From assembly GCA_964016885.1 (NCBI GenBank), contig OZ024740.1, positions 208,134,001-208,198,000 of the forward strand: DNA of 64,000 nucleotides, given 5' to 3'. The DNA is from Eledone cirrhosa (taxonomy: Eukaryota). Numbering within the stretch: position 1 is the first letter of the stretch; each line of letters starts with the position of its first letter. A model generated the notes under the pieces. The model was not told the origin of the DNA. It ran no database searches and was given only the letters and a program-made list of their open reading frames with translations. This document shows, one piece after another, positions 27,572 through 41,360 of this stretch. Position numbers and translations under genes: made by a program.

Positions 27572-28060
27572 ATGGTGGTAGCTGCCAACTCGTTTTCGAG
27601 TAAGGCCACTACTTTATATCCATGTAGGAGAACCCCTACCGATCTGCTGAACGAGTGTGACGTTTTAGTCCAGCCAACGACTTGAAAACTCTGGTACAAA
27701 CACTACACTTGTGACAATTACTGACACATAGTGCTGGGCCCATGGTACCATGTGATGACAAGTGCAGAGAGATCTCCAGATATGAAGCAATGCCTGTGCC
27801 GTGAAGCTTTTATAGTGAGCAAAGGCACTGCACAAAGCCAGTCCCACTCTCTTAACCAAGATGATATTTACCAAAAAGAAGAACAAGTCAACATCATTGG
27901 ATACCATCAGGGTTGCAGGTGTTATATCAGAGTTGGTGCTACTGGTAACATGTATCCCAGTACAACCTGTCTCATGGTCGGGTCGTTGGCGACTAAACTG
28001 GCAACCCACCAAGGTTTCTTGGTGACGAGGGTGACTTTGGACATCCTGCAGGACTAAAAA
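27572..28060 (-). mobile_element. Unclassified (TATG)n-tailed retro-repeat with an inverted 5' segment
   Basis: 27572-27932 matches 52251-52608 in the same orientation; 27933-28058 matches 52716-52847 inverted. Flanked by (CATA)n. Related pieces at 28085-28390, 29180-29370 and 46163-46203. Confidence 0.75.
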
Positions 28061-28464
28061 CATACATACATACATTCATATATGATGGCTGTCCCCTCGT
28101 TATCGAGTATGGCCATAGCACAATATAACATTATTAATTAATGCTTTCATGCAATGCCTGTCCGTGAAGATTTTTTTTAAAGTGAGGAAAGACTGTGCAT
28201 TGAGCCAATCCCACTCTCTGAGCGACAGTAGCTATAACCCTAAAAGAAGAAAAGATCAACATCAGCAGTAACTACTGAGCCGCAGGTTTTATATCGGAGA
28301 TATCCCAGTTTCCTGAGTTGCCTTCTGCTAGAAGAATGCCCTGACAAATGACAAAGGGTAGGGGGTCCTTCACTCCCAGTGGTTTAACCGCGCGATCGGA
28401 TATCCAGCCCAATTATTTCTATATCCCCGCGCATATACATACACATGTATATACATATATACAT

Positions 28465-28519
<55 letters not shown>

Positions 28520-28641
28520 AAATTAAGATAAATTAAATGAATTTAATCCAAATCAAAATTATGGGTGTCATGCCATAACGGCGTGCGCCATATCGCCCGG
28601 AAAATAAGCTCAAAGTTTCTATCGAGTAGGTCCGAGCATTT

Positions 28642-29062
28642 TATAATAACTAGAAATTGATTAACATATATATAAATATGAATAATCACAGGAGATAATT
28701 TTTACAAGCGTGTAACCACGCATAGCTAGGTAGGTAACAAAATAAAGTTGACTAGAACTTCAAAAATAGATACCTTTTAATATGATTAATCTTCCCTGTA
28801 TATATTCCATTAAAGAAATATATTTCACCAATTAATCAGATGGTAAATCACGGAAGTGGATATTTTTGGATTATCAACAAGGAAGAAAGAAATTTCTTTA
28901 ATGGAATATATACAGGGAAGATTAATCATATTAAAAGGTATCTATTTTTGAAGTTCTAGTCAACTTTATTTTGTTACCTACCTAGCTATGCGTGGTTACA
29001 CGCTTGTAAAAATTATCTCCTATGATTATTCATGTTTATATATATGTTAATCAATTTCTAGT

Positions 29063-29069
<7 letters not shown>
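28642..29069. repeat. Long inverted repeat, 178-bp arms with a 72-bp spacer, between (TA)n tracts
   Basis: 28642-28819 is the near-perfect reverse complement of 28892-29069. Confidence 0.92.
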
Positions 29070-29143
<74 letters not shown>

Positions 29144-29412
29144 TACATACATGTATATACAAATTTACACATTTTGGGGTCACTCCTGAGTGGTATTGGT
29201 AACATATAACCCAGTACAACCTGTCGCATGGCTGGGTCATCACCGACTAAACCGGCAACTCCACCAAGTTTACTTGGTGAGGAAGGTGATTTTGGACACG
29301 CTGCAGGACAAAAATCAAAATCTCACAAGAAGCGGAAGAACTCATCAGAGTCAACGGACATCCAAAAATGTGTAAACATACATACAAACATACAAACATA
29401 CATGCACGCACG

Positions 29413-29493
<81 letters not shown>

Positions 29494-29797
29494 ATTCACA
29501 CACTCACAGACATACATACACACACACACATATATATATATATTTGGATAAATTCACAGAAGTTGACGGGACTATCATGCGTTTCCCTGCTAGTACCGGT
29601 TGCATCTCAGCGTGCTCATTATGTAAGGTTGTGTAAAAATCCCAGAGTAGACATAAAGTTAACTGCTTCAATACAACATACGTAAATGGATACCATAAAC
29701 TTAACCCGTTCTCGAGTTTCAGCCACACTTAATGCAGCAAGAGAGCATGCAGCATCTACTGCCTGCATTTATTATGCAACAATCAGTGAATATGACT

Positions 29798-29899
<102 letters not shown>

Positions 29900-30274
29900 T
29901 AACCCGGGTTCAATCGGGGTTAACCACAGTAAGTAAGGTACTCAATACATAGCAGAGTATAAATATTTAATATAGAAATGGCTTGTAAAATGTGTGATTG
30001 TAAAGACCTGACCATTTTGTAGACTTTAACACAGCATGTTAATATAGCCACTTAAAGAAAAACCTTTGTCTGCTTAGCATAATTGAACCTTGAAAAATAA
30101 GGAGTGTCTGCTTTTGTATCCCTGTGTATCACAATGTATTTTTCTCTAAATATAGTTTTTACAAAGAATCCCCATTCTTTAAAACCATCAGCCAATGACC
30201 GCCATTCATCCCAATCACGACCTTCCCCTACCACCAGAAAATGTATAAATACAACCATAACACATTGACAGTCA

Positions 30275-30325
30275 GCTTTCCTGATGATTTCACTCGAATG
30301 AAATAGTTCTAGTCCTGTAGAAGCC
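30275..30325 (+). ncRNA. Hammerhead ribozyme candidate (same family as 13290 and 33535)
   Basis: gctttc CTGATGA tttc-actc-gaat GAAA tag-ttctagtc-ctg TA gaagc. Inverted terminal piece at ~29930-29985. Confidence 0.6.
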
Positions 30326-30459
30326 ATTTCTATATTAAATATACCAGCAGAAAAACCATCCACGGGCGGTTTTCTGCTAGCATATGTAGTGTGCATATTG
30401 GTATTATACGCAAATATATATGCATATAGATATATGTAAATTGAAAAGTAAATTGACAA

Positions 30460-31140
30460 TATCTTCTTCTTCGTCCACTTATTTCTGTGAGGGTCGTGGG
30501 GGCAGAGTCCTTCTCAAATACTCCTTCCAGCGAGTCTGTCAGAAGCAAACATCTCTAACTGATCCAGCTGGATCCCAAAGCGTGACCAGCCAAGCTCATG
30601 AATGTTATCCAACTTGCTCAGAGTCTACCCCTGGGTCTCTTGCCGGTTGGTTTTGCCTGTAAAATGTGTCCAGCGATTCTTTACTGAGACATTCTAGCCA
30701 CATGGTCATAATATCGGAGTTGTGATCTCTCAATTCGGAGAAGTAGCGGCTCTACCAGGAGTGACTCTCTGGTCCCTGAACTATGCACTTTATCGAGTAA
30801 CGTTACTCCAAGGACCCTTCGGAGGAATCCCATTTCTGCCGCTTTTATTTGCAATTGTATTCTTTTCGTCATTACTCAAGAGTCATGATCCCCGGTAAGA
30901 GTTGGCAGGAATACCAGGAAGACAGCGAGTTTGGCTTTTACACCTACTCCCCCCCCCCCTTCATCTGATTGCTGAATGCTGAGGCTGGCGCATTACTACA
31001 TCAGCTTTTGCAATTTTTGCACTTAATTCAGCCTCCTGCCTTCCATCACTCATGAACACGGCTCCAAGATACTTGAACTTCTCTAACTGCTTCAGTAGAA
31101 CTCCATACACATGTATATACATTTGAGGGACTTCTCTCCA
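30460..31140 (-). mobile_element. RTE LINE 3' fragment
   Basis: LKQLEKFKYLGAVFMSDGRQE and AAEMGFLRRVLGVTLLDKVHS; short GAA tail. Confidence 0.85.
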
Positions 31141-31289
31141 CCCGTCCATCACGCAATGTGTATGTGTGTGTAAAAGGAACGAAAGGGATACACACATATA
31201 TATGTCTAACTTAAAAACAGTGACACACGTGTCTCTAATTTAAGAACGCCGACAAAATCACGCCCGCGCACATACACACACTGTCCTAT

Positions 31290-31715
31290 TACCACTTAAG
31301 AGCTTTGGCCCGGGTAAACATCCCCTCAATTTTGGAACCATCTGGGTTGTCCTGAATTGATAGGAAAAGAGTTGACGTTCTTACTATGTGCTCCTGGTCA
31401 AGAGGCAGGTGTCTTACCTGGGACGTCACAGTTAGTGACTCTTTTGCTTCTTCCCACATTCTGGATGCAGAGGTAAGGGCGAGAGCTTCAGCATCTGCAG
31501 CTGAATGGAACAAAATCCTAAAATACCACATGTTCTCTCAGCTAACTACATTATCCAGCCTGTGGCGTTCGAACGTTTGGGGGAGCCGAGCTACTGACAG
31601 CGAGATTCTTATCTTCATTGGCGGCTCGTGAGAGCACTTGGTTGTTCCAGCACCTCAGCGTCGCCATCACCCCAGGTAACGCTGCGAGCGTGCTGGCCTG
31701 CCTCAAAAATTATTA
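31290..31715 (+). mobile_element. CRE-like non-LTR RLE endonuclease fragment
   Basis: ILEPSGLS*IDRKRVD.LT..WSRGRCLTWDVTVSD...KILKY...WLFQHLSVAITPGNAASVL, with frameshifts. Confidence 0.75.
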
Positions 31716-31890
31716 GAGAGGTTTCCCAGTGCTCCTCGCTATATTGCTATCTTTTGCTCTGGTAGCGGCCCTTTTTCCACTCCTTCGCCTGCATTTTGTT
31801 CTATGTGGTCTAAGATGTGTGTATTAGGTGCTTGTGTATTTTTTCTCTTTCTTTTTTCCTTTCCCTTTCCTTTGTATATATTATATTGAA

Positions 31891-32268
31891 TTGACAGTAT
31901 CGGTAGAGGGTCGGACGCCATGCTTTCCAGCATAGTTACGTCCCTTTATAGTCTGAGTTCAAATCCCGCCGAGGTTAACTTTGCCTTTCATCCTTACGGG
32001 GTCGATGAAATAAAGTACCAGTAATACATTGGTATAATTGCTGACCCTGTACCAAAAGTAGAAACAATTATTAAAAGGGTGGTACATTGGCAGTATCGCT
32101 AGAAGGTCGGATGTCATGCTTTGCAGCATAGAGTTACCGCCCTTTACGATCTGAGTTCAAATCCCACCGAGGTTAACTTTGCCTTTCATCCTTACGGGGT
32201 CGATAAAATAAAGTACCAGTAATGCACTGGAATAATTGCTGGCCTTGTGCCAAAAGTAGAAACAATTA
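31891..32268 (+). mobile_element. Tandem pair of tRNA-derived SINEs
   Basis: Two head-to-tail copies, ~31891-32072 and ~32078-32268. Confidence 0.88.
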
Positions 32269-32769
32269 TATTTGTTAGTGTTTTCGTTCTGTAACCATTA
32301 TATTAAATGAGTTCTAAAAAAAAAGAGTTAATAAATAAAGAGTTAATGAATAAATAATACGTTATACTTGTTTGTGTTAATGTATGTGTGAATGTATGTA
32401 TGTTTGGGTGAAAGTATGTGTGATTGTATGTGTATTTATCTGAATGTATGTCCGTGGGCGTCTATTTTTATATACTCATATAGTTATATACTCATAATAG
32501 TTATATACTCATACATATAGATGTAAGCATGTCCACACTCATAGGCGTCAGCGTGTAGAAAATCATAATCTCTCTATCTCTTTCATCACACACTCTCTCT
32601 TTCTATATGGTAGTTGAAGTGGTGGTGGTGGCGACGATGTATCTGAAGTGTAGAAATGTGAATGAAACTTTGAAAAGAAGTCAATTTTAAATTATTAATG
32701 TTTACGAAATTTAGTGCATAAATTATGTAATATTCATTCATTATTTATTCAAAGTAATCCAACTTATTT

Positions 32770-32819
<50 letters not shown>

Positions 32820-32883
32820 ATTAATATATATATATTAATTAAAAGTCGTCAAGACGGGGTTACTTCACCATAATTGCTTTATT

Positions 32884-32934
32884 GCATGATATATATTTCT
32901 GTGACATGGTTATGCATGTGACTTCGTCAGATGC
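32884..32934 (-). ncRNA. Type I hammerhead ribozyme in a short segment between (TA)n tracts
   Basis: Minus strand: gcat CTGACGA agtc-acatg-cataac-catgt-caca GAAA tatata TC atgc. Confidence 0.7.
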
Positions 32935-33035
32935 TCATACAATCATAGGTGCAGTTATGCAATCATGTGGATATGCCGCTGGTCATGTGTTACCAACCTC
33001 TTGTGATGCCAGCAGGCATATGAGTCTCTGACTCT

Positions 33036-33077
<42 letters not shown>

Positions 33078-33209
33078 AATATGGGGAGAAGAGTACTGCA
33101 TGGTTGCACATGGATTACATGTTATAAAATGAGGCCCTCATCAGTGATTTGCCAACGATCATTGGTATTTCATCGCATTAAAAATCATATACCTCACGTT
33201 GGTGCGATA

Positions 33210-33271
<62 letters not shown>

Positions 33272-33402
33272 CGGCTCTGTCTATGTACATTGAGCTAACA
33301 CAATACTGCAATAATACAGTACAGTGAGTAGGTGTTTATGCACATACGCTCCAAACTTTACGTAAATAAATATATATATATATATATATTCGTTATATAT
33401 AT

Positions 33403-33462
<60 letters not shown>

Positions 33463-33605
33463 GTTATATAGAAATGACTTCTACAAAACTAGAAATCTTT
33501 CATTCGAATAAAATTATCAGGAAGAAACGACACTTTTGATGATTTCATACGAATGAAACATTTTTTGTCCTGTAGAAATCATTTCTATTTAATGCGTGTG
33601 TGCGT

Positions 33606-33736
<131 letters not shown>

Positions 33737-33859
33737 TGTGTATATATGAATATATATATAATATACATGTTCGAGCTGGGTGCCTGTCTTCCAATACTCT
33801 ATTGCAATGATGAAAGGTTACAAATTCTGTCATACGAAAATTCTACAAAAAGAACACTG

Positions 33860-34048
33860 AAGCCTACCAAATAGCCCCTTACACGACACTTGCAATCAGA
33901 GTCAAGTACCAGAGCCTGAAGATCGATGACAGATTTATATAACTTGGCAAGAGTCTGTCAAAAATCGCCCACCTTAACGGTGAAGTCAACAGCAGAGTTG
34001 GCATTGTCCGCGACTTCTTTGGTAGATTTTGCAAGACTGTTTGGGTAT
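33860..34048 (+). mobile_element. Degenerate RTE RT fragment
   Basis: LKIDDRFI*LGKSLS...NGEVNSRVGI..DFFGRFCKTVW. Confidence 0.6.
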
Positions 34049-34049
34049 G

Positions 34050-34642
34050 TTGGTGGTGGTGGTCGTCGTAGTAGTGGTAGTGGTGATGGTGGTGGTGGTG
34101 GTGATGGTGGTGATGGTGGTGGTGATGGCGGTGCTGGTGGTGGGGGTGCTGCTGCTGCTGCTGGTGATGATGGTGGTGGTGGTGTAGCTGCTGCTGCTGG
34201 TGACGGTGGTGGTGGTGGTGGTGGTTGTGGTTGTGGTTTTGGTGGTGGCTTTGGTGGTGGTGGAGGTGCTTGTGGTGGTGCTTGTGGTTGTGGTTTTAGT
34301 GGTGGCTTTGGTGGTGGTGATGGTGATGGTGATGGTGGTTGTTTTGGTGCCGCTTGTGGTGGTGGTTTTGATGGTGGTTGTGGTGGTGGTGTTGCTGCTG
34401 GTGCTGTTGGAGTGGGGATGCTGGTGCTGATGGTGGTGGGAATGGGGGTAGTGGTGGTATTAGTATTAGTGGTGGTGGTGATGGTGGTGACCTCCAAACG
34501 AGAAAACATGGGAAGAGTACCTAATCTTAAGTGTATGACGATGGTGGGGATTAAGTAGGGTAGAGGAGGGGGTGAGAAGAAGAAGAAGAAGAAGAAGAAG
34601 AAGAAGAAGAAGAAGAAGAAGAAGAAGAAGAAGAAGAAGAAG

Positions 34643-34688
<46 letters not shown>

Positions 34689-35092
34689 TTTACAAAAAAA
34701 GAACAGCAGCAACAATATCAATATCACTACCACCACCAACTATTACTGTTACTACTACTAGTACTACTACGACTACTACTTTTATTATAACTACTACAAC
34801 TATTACTATTACTACTACCACTATTACTACTACCACCACTACTACTACTACCACTACTACTACTACTACCATTACTATTACTAGTAGCACTACAACTAAT
34901 ACTACTACTACTACTACCGCTACTGTTACCACCACCACTACTACTACTGCTACTACTACTACCACTACTACCACTACTACCACTACTACTACCATTACTA
35001 CCACCACAACCACCACCATTACTAATACTACTACTACAACCAATACCACTACTACCACCACTATTACTACTACCACTACCACTACTGCTACT
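34050..35092. repeat. Compound trinucleotide block: (GGT/GCT)n, (GAA)n, (AAC)n, (ACT/ACC)n
   Basis: Direct reading of the sequence. Confidence 0.93.
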
Positions 35093-35104
35093 ACAAGAAC
35101 AGAA

Positions 35105-35295
35105 ATAATTGTTTCTACTTTTGGCACAAGGCCAGCAATTGCCCAGTGTATTACTGGTACTTTATTTTATCGACCCCGTAAGGATGAAAGGCAAAGTTAA
35201 CCTCGGCGGGATTTGAACTCAGAATGGCAAGGGCCGTAACTCTATGCGTCAAAGCATGGCGTCCGACCCTCTACCGATACTGCCAATCCACCGCC
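35105..35295 (-). mobile_element. tRNA-derived SINE with TSD CTACAAGAACAGAAATAAT
   Basis: Full reverse copy; the 19-bp direct repeat flanks both ends. Confidence 0.92.
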
Positions 35296-35639
35296 CTACA
35301 AGAACAGAAATAATAACACAAAAACGTGAACAATGAAATAAATGAGAGGGGACAGACTTGGAAATAGTGTGAGGTAGAGTCGACAGGATTAAACTAGTTT
35401 ATCAATGTTGTAATGAAACCCACGTATAGATCAACTGATTAAGGACGGTTTTACCGTGTTGAATATTATATATATAAACATGTGTATGTATATATACATA
35501 CATATATGTGTGTGTGTGTGTGTGAATATATATATATATATGTATATATATGCGTATATAACGAAGGAGGTATGGTAAGGAACCAGATGGACCATAACGC
35601 ACCAGAGTACTCAATACTTAGGGTAGTAGAGTGGGTAAT

Positions 35640-35754
35640 AGGAAAATGTTTAGCCCCGACGGCAGAGCTCAAGATGTTTCGACGGCTATTTCTGGAATAC
35701 TAGAAATAGCCGTCGAAACGGCTTGAGCTCTGCCGTCGGGGTTAAACATTTTTC
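35640..35754. repeat. Fold-back with ~54-bp arms in a pLTR-like mini-element (35562-35756)
   Basis: CCCCGACGGCAGAGCTCAAG..TTTCGACGGCTATTTCT pairs with AGAAATAGCCGTCGAAAC..CTTGAGCTCTGCCGTCGGGG. The same arm occurs at 13950-13990. Confidence 0.85.
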
Positions 35755-35889
35755 TCTATATATATACATAGTTTACAATAAATCGTTTTCGAATACGAAA
35801 ACAGATTACATATATATATTGTATATATATATAAATATATATATATCAATGATACTAATAAATGGAAACTATATTTATAAAACCATATT

Positions 35890-35959
35890 TATTCTATTAT
35901 ATATATTTCAAGGTTTTCAAGGGTACCAAAACTTTGGTACGCCCTCATCAGATAAAATA
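35890..35959 (-). ncRNA. Type I hammerhead ribozyme related to the 63721 pLTR HHR
   Basis: Minus strand: tattttat CTGATGA gggc-gtaccaaa-gt-tttggtac-cctt..GAAA tatata TA atagaata, then AATATGGTTTTATAAATATAGTTTCCATTT as at 63786-63815. Confidence 0.75.
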
Positions 35960-36092
35960 CAGAGCTTGTTTTATAAATATTGAGGAATGAGACCTTAAGG
36001 AGACCTTAACTTGTTTTATAAATATCCAGGAATGAGACCTTAATGGTTCAAGTTTTTAATATCTCTTTGCTTATATATCTATCTAGCTATCT

Positions 36093-38681
36093 GTGGGGAA
36101 AAGGACCCCCAAAATAAAAGTAACAAATATGACACGAAATGTAAACATCTGGTGGATATTAGCTGGTTTCATCAATTTTGATGAAGATACAGTAATTTCG
36201 ATAGGAAAGTCCTCCAGGGGCATATTCAACGGTACAAGCTTAGAAGATATGGTCCAAATGAGACCAGAACGATCGCTAGACTACCACAACGTGTGCCTCT
36301 GGATGGAAATTCCTACATAAACATTTCTGTTGAGGGTAGGCCGCCTTCATGTTACCACTGTTTAAGTAGTGGTCACCTGAGGGCTTCCTGTCCTCAATTA
36401 ACTGCATTAAAAAAAGGCACTACTGCCGACACCCAACACAACAACACAACCACCACCACAACAGCAACAACAACAACAACACACAAAAATAAACAAAAAC
36501 AACTCCAGAAACACCCACACACATAACAGCCCCCCCCCAAAATGTACCCTTCCCCAACAACATGGATGAGGCCTCATCATCGTCACCCAGTGACGATGAG
36601 GGAGAGCCTTTCCGACCAGTAAAAAGAAAAAAAGAAAAGACATAACACAAACAAAAATGCAACAAACACACAAACACCAATACAAGCGACGATAACAGCA
36701 CAAACAAAAACAGCCCGCCAGAAAACAAAACACCTACTACAAAACGTAAACACACACAAGAACCACAAGAAAAAAGCAACACAACACAACAAAAATGTTA
36801 CACCTACATAAATACTAACAATAAAACTTTAACAGACACCATATATAAAAACCCTTCGGTGGAGACCGAAGGGAAAACTTTTACACACTCTTCGGAGAAT
36901 CCTAATCTTAAAATGATTAGGACCTCTATGGACATACATAAACAGTTAAAAGAAAAATTTCATAACGACGTAGGTAACTCCTGCGTCAAACCCTATAACC
37001 GCGTCCTTTTGAAATGTTTGTCCACCCCACCCCATACACTCCCACCCCCACCCCACCTGACACCTCCTCCCCACCAAACATCTCCGTCCCCACCCCACCA
37101 GAGACCACCATCCCACCAAACAACCTCTCCAACACCCCCATGGAAATTGTGCAGCCTAGTCCCCAGGAGACGAAGAGGTGAGTGATTTCTTTTCCTCTTC
37201 TTTTAACTTTTCAGCACCAACATGGCCAATATAAGAGTTGGATCTGTGAATGTACGCGGCCTGGGGGTGCCCTGGAAACAGGGAAAACTCTTAAACGACC
37301 TCAGGTCGCACAGTATGGATGTAGTAGCCATTTGCGAGTTCAGGATCCACAGCGAGCGACAACTGGCCTCCATCTTCGACGACTTTGAGATCTACGCATC
37401 CCTCTGTCAGCCGGGAGGTGGGGGTAGGGTTGCCGTTTTGCTGCAGAAATACCTGGACCTCGTAACACAGACGGTACATCTGGACCCGGAGGGTCGACTG
37501 GTGATCCTAGACGTTGACGATAGTGAAGGTGGAGCCTTCAGGCTGGTGGCCGCATATGCCCCATCCGGGACACCGCGGCCAGACTCCCTGGCTGTTAGTG
37601 GGGGACTGGAATGGAATCCTAGATGCACGTTGGGACTATGTGGAAGCATGTCCCGATAGAGGGGGGTGTAACAGCCTCAAACAGTTAATCGGTCGATTTG
37701 ATCTGGCCGATAGATATCGACTGGATTTTCCGACTGTGCCACTGTGGACGCGGACTAATCTCAGCGGAACATCTAGATCGTACCTAGATGGGGTTCTGGT
37801 TAGAAAGAAGGATAGGGACATGTTAAGCTGTCCACAAATGTTCATGGTTGCCTATTCAGATCACAAATTAGTGACCTGCTTAGTCAACCTTGATGAAACT
37901 CATAGACAGGGACCCGGCTAGTGGAAGCTGAACATGTCGTTACCGACATGCAAAGCCTACAGTAGACGGATTAGCACTTTAGTTAAGCAGCACTTGACGG
38001 GGGCCATTGTCAACAACAGATGGTGGTACTCTCTCAAGAGGGCAGTTAGATTAGACTCGATAAGTTTTAGTAAAGAATTAGTGTTAGATAGAAATAAGAC
38101 CGAAAAGGAACTGGTAGATAAAGTAGAAGAGGCACTTAGGAGTGGCAACGTAGCCAGCGTGCTAGCGACGAGAACGGCCTTGGACCAGTTCTTCGTCGCA
38201 AAGCATGAAGGCTGCGTTGTCAGAAGCTCTGGGAAACGAGGGAGCCAAAGCTGTTAGTTGGGTCCGAGTGACGGAGGCGAAAAGTGGCAACAAGTCCACA
38301 ATTCGGTCTTTGAAGGACCAAGACGGATGCGTGATACGTGAGCCGAAGCAAATGTGCGCGGCCTTTCAGCGGCACTTTGCTCAACTGTTCGGGCAGGGCG
38401 GCGCGCCGGGAGGGGCTATGGATTTCGGCCCATACCTCGACGGCCTACCGCGACTCTCGGACAGCGAGGCGAAGTCCTGCGAAAGGCCGATTTCGGCCGC
38501 TGAGATAGGGGACGCGCTGAGCCAATGCGGCATACGCAAATCTCCAGGTCTCGACGGTCTACCCTACGGATTTTACGTAGCAATGCCGGACTTGTTCTCC
38601 GGTCTCCTGGAAGCGGTCTACTGCAACTAGCAGCAGAACGGGAGAATTCCCAGTTCTGTGACCAAGGGCGTAATCACGTTA
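36093..38681 (+). mobile_element. Degenerate Tx1-like LINE (copy B): partial ORF1 plus APE and start of RT, truncated at both ends
   Basis: CYHCLSSGHLRASC knuckle, NVRGL, GDWN, SDH and KSPGLDG; several frameshifts and stops; preceded by TATCTATCTAGCTATCT. Confidence 0.92.
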
Positions 38682-38754
38682 GTCACACACACACACGTAT
38701 ATATAAGTATGTAAAAAACCTAGATACATGTATGGGTGCATGTATGTGTATATG

Positions 38755-38835
<81 letters not shown>

Positions 38836-39681
38836 ATGTATGTGTGTATATGTATATATATATAGTCGCGTACGTGCGTGTGATCAGATATACATGTGCC
38901 TATATATATATATGTGCTTCGTGTGTATGTATGCGCGCCTTTGTATGTATGTACCCATGTATGTGCTTTTGTCTGTACGTATTTTTATATATATTTTTGT
39001 ATATATATATATATGTGTACGTACGAACCTATGTTTGTTTACTATATTTTCTAGTGTTAATTTATAATTTATAACCCCCCCCCCTCCTCTTACTTTCTCT
39101 TTGATTAAAAAAATGTTTTCATTCTTATATATTGTTTCATTTTTATACATGTATCGAGGCTCAGACTGACACTGCTTTGACTAATACACTCCCTTCCCTG
39201 TATATATCACTCGCATGTATGTATTCGCGCGTGTGTGTGTGTTTATACGTGTGCTTTCATACTTGAATGTGTATATATTTCATTCCTTAATACCTGAATC
39301 TGGATGTATGTTAACTATATTATCTTACAATTTCTTTTTCAACATATATTATATACGTATTTGTGGTCACACATACACTGATATGCTTGCCCTCATATAT
39401 GTACTTACGCACACATTTTTTCACTATACACATGCATTTGTACATACACACATATGTACATTTGTGAGTGAATATACACACATTCATATTTTTTTATATA
39501 TCTCTTGCATTACTTTTATTTATATATTTTTTTGCCCGTTAAACTTTAGCCTTTGTTGGGGAGTTTTTTCAAATATTTCACTATGTTTTCAATTGCCTTG
39601 TCCGATGAACGAATGAGGACGTTTTTTGTATTCGTCTTATTCGGGAAGCCTCTGGTAATGAGGTAATTATATTGTATTGTT

Positions 39682-39714
<33 letters not shown>

Positions 39715-39715
<1 letters not shown>

Positions 39716-40346
39716 TAACAGTGGTACCCGGCGTTGCACGGGATAAGGTATTTTGGAAGACGGGCCTCCAACAGACCTAATCGTGGAAAAACTGCATGCC
39801 TGGACAATATGTAAAAAAAATAAACCGAATACTCTGATGGCTGGATAATCTTTAAGATTTTCTTCGATGAAGCAGGAAAAATGCCGGTTTTCACCTAATG
39901 CGGACCCTTGGGGATCAAGGAAATGAATTATTTTATGTGCATAATATGCCTTGAAATTTCGGGAAAAATCGGCTAGACGCAACGCCTCAAAAAAGCCCTA
40001 AGAAGCTGAAAAAATGAAGATTTTCACCTAATGCCATAAGAAAGTTGGATTTTCTTTGCTCACGGTATCAAGAAGAGACTGACTAATACATAGTTACAAT
40101 TTCAAGGAAATCGGTCTGACGTCACGCCTCAAAAAGCCCCTAAAAATGTTAAAAAACGCAGTTTTTCACCTACTGCGGGCCCTAGGAGATAAAAAAAAGT
40201 TGAATTTTTTAAAGTACATAACACTCCCTGAAACATAAGGAATACACATGTAAAGTTTGAAAAAAATCGGTTGGGTACTTCTCGAATTTTAGGGATTCAA
40301 ACTCACACACACACACACACACAAACACACAAACAGACATCCTCAG
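39715..40346 (-). mobile_element. Non-autonomous Helitron-like element (family of 574-1233); a further partial 5' end at ~40484-40600
   Basis: Reverse complement of 590-1233, including the terminal hairpin. Confidence 0.8.
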
Positions 40347-40608
40347 GGAAATGACGTAATGCAGACAGATATTATAAGGGCGCGACGTTATAAGTATGTA
40401 TATATCTAAAAAGAGAAAGACTAAGAATTATAGAGAGAGATCGGTAAATCGCCTAATGTGGTCCCTAGGGCATTGAAAATTCGAACACTCCCTGAAACAT
40501 AAGTATTACATGTGTAAAGTTTGAAAACAGTCGGTTGGGTGGTTCTCGAGTCTTAGGGATTCGAACTCACACACACACAGACAGACATCCTCAGTTATAT
40601 ATATATAT

Positions 40609-41360
40609 AAATAGTGGAGCAAGCGGTTATCAAACAATTCTCTAAATAAATTAAAAAAACGATTTAAATAATCACCTGTTCTATTGCTGTTACCGACGGT
40701 TTCATCATTACAAAAGATTGGTGATTATTTAAATCGTTTTTTAATTTATTTAGAGAATTGTTTGATAACCGCTTGCTCCGCTATTTTTTATATTGTTCTG
40801 GTATCTCGAATTAGTACCATTGAACCACAAATATTATAAACACCTTGCATATTTCTACAAGTACATTGTACCTGTTGAGGTATTCATCCACTTTTATAAT
40901 TTTTTTCCTCATGTAGAGAACAAAACGTTGAATAATGCTGCTAATTTTAGTGGCAATATCAACATGTTTATAATAAACAGCTATTATCTGCGACCTGATT
41001 TTGTGTGTGTGTCATTTTAACGGCTTGACCGCATGCGTTGGGCAGGAAGCGAAATATTTACTTACTGTAAGGCTTGCAACCTTATAGTGTGGAAATAGGC
41101 TGTCTGAAGATTCATTTCTTTCCATTGGAAATTCTCTGGATTTCCAATCTTTTGGAATAATGAAACCGTCGGTAACAACAATAGAACAGGTGATTATTTA
41201 AATCGTTTTTTAATTTATTTAGAGAATTGTTTGATAACCGCTTGCTCCGCTATTTTTTATATTGTTCTGGTATCTCGAATTAGTACCATTGAACCACAAA
41301 TATTATAAACACCTTGCATATTTCTACAAGTACATTGTACCTGTTGAGGTATTCATCCAC

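Noticed and set aside
33105-33160. HHR on the minus strand (CTGATGA at ~33148-33154)
   Set aside because: No GAAA or paired stem II; too decayed to call. The same applies to ~459, ~39602 and ~45731.
33926-34686. Gly-rich / Pro-rich ORFs
   Set aside because: A GGT/GCT trinucleotide tract fused to a decayed RTE fragment.
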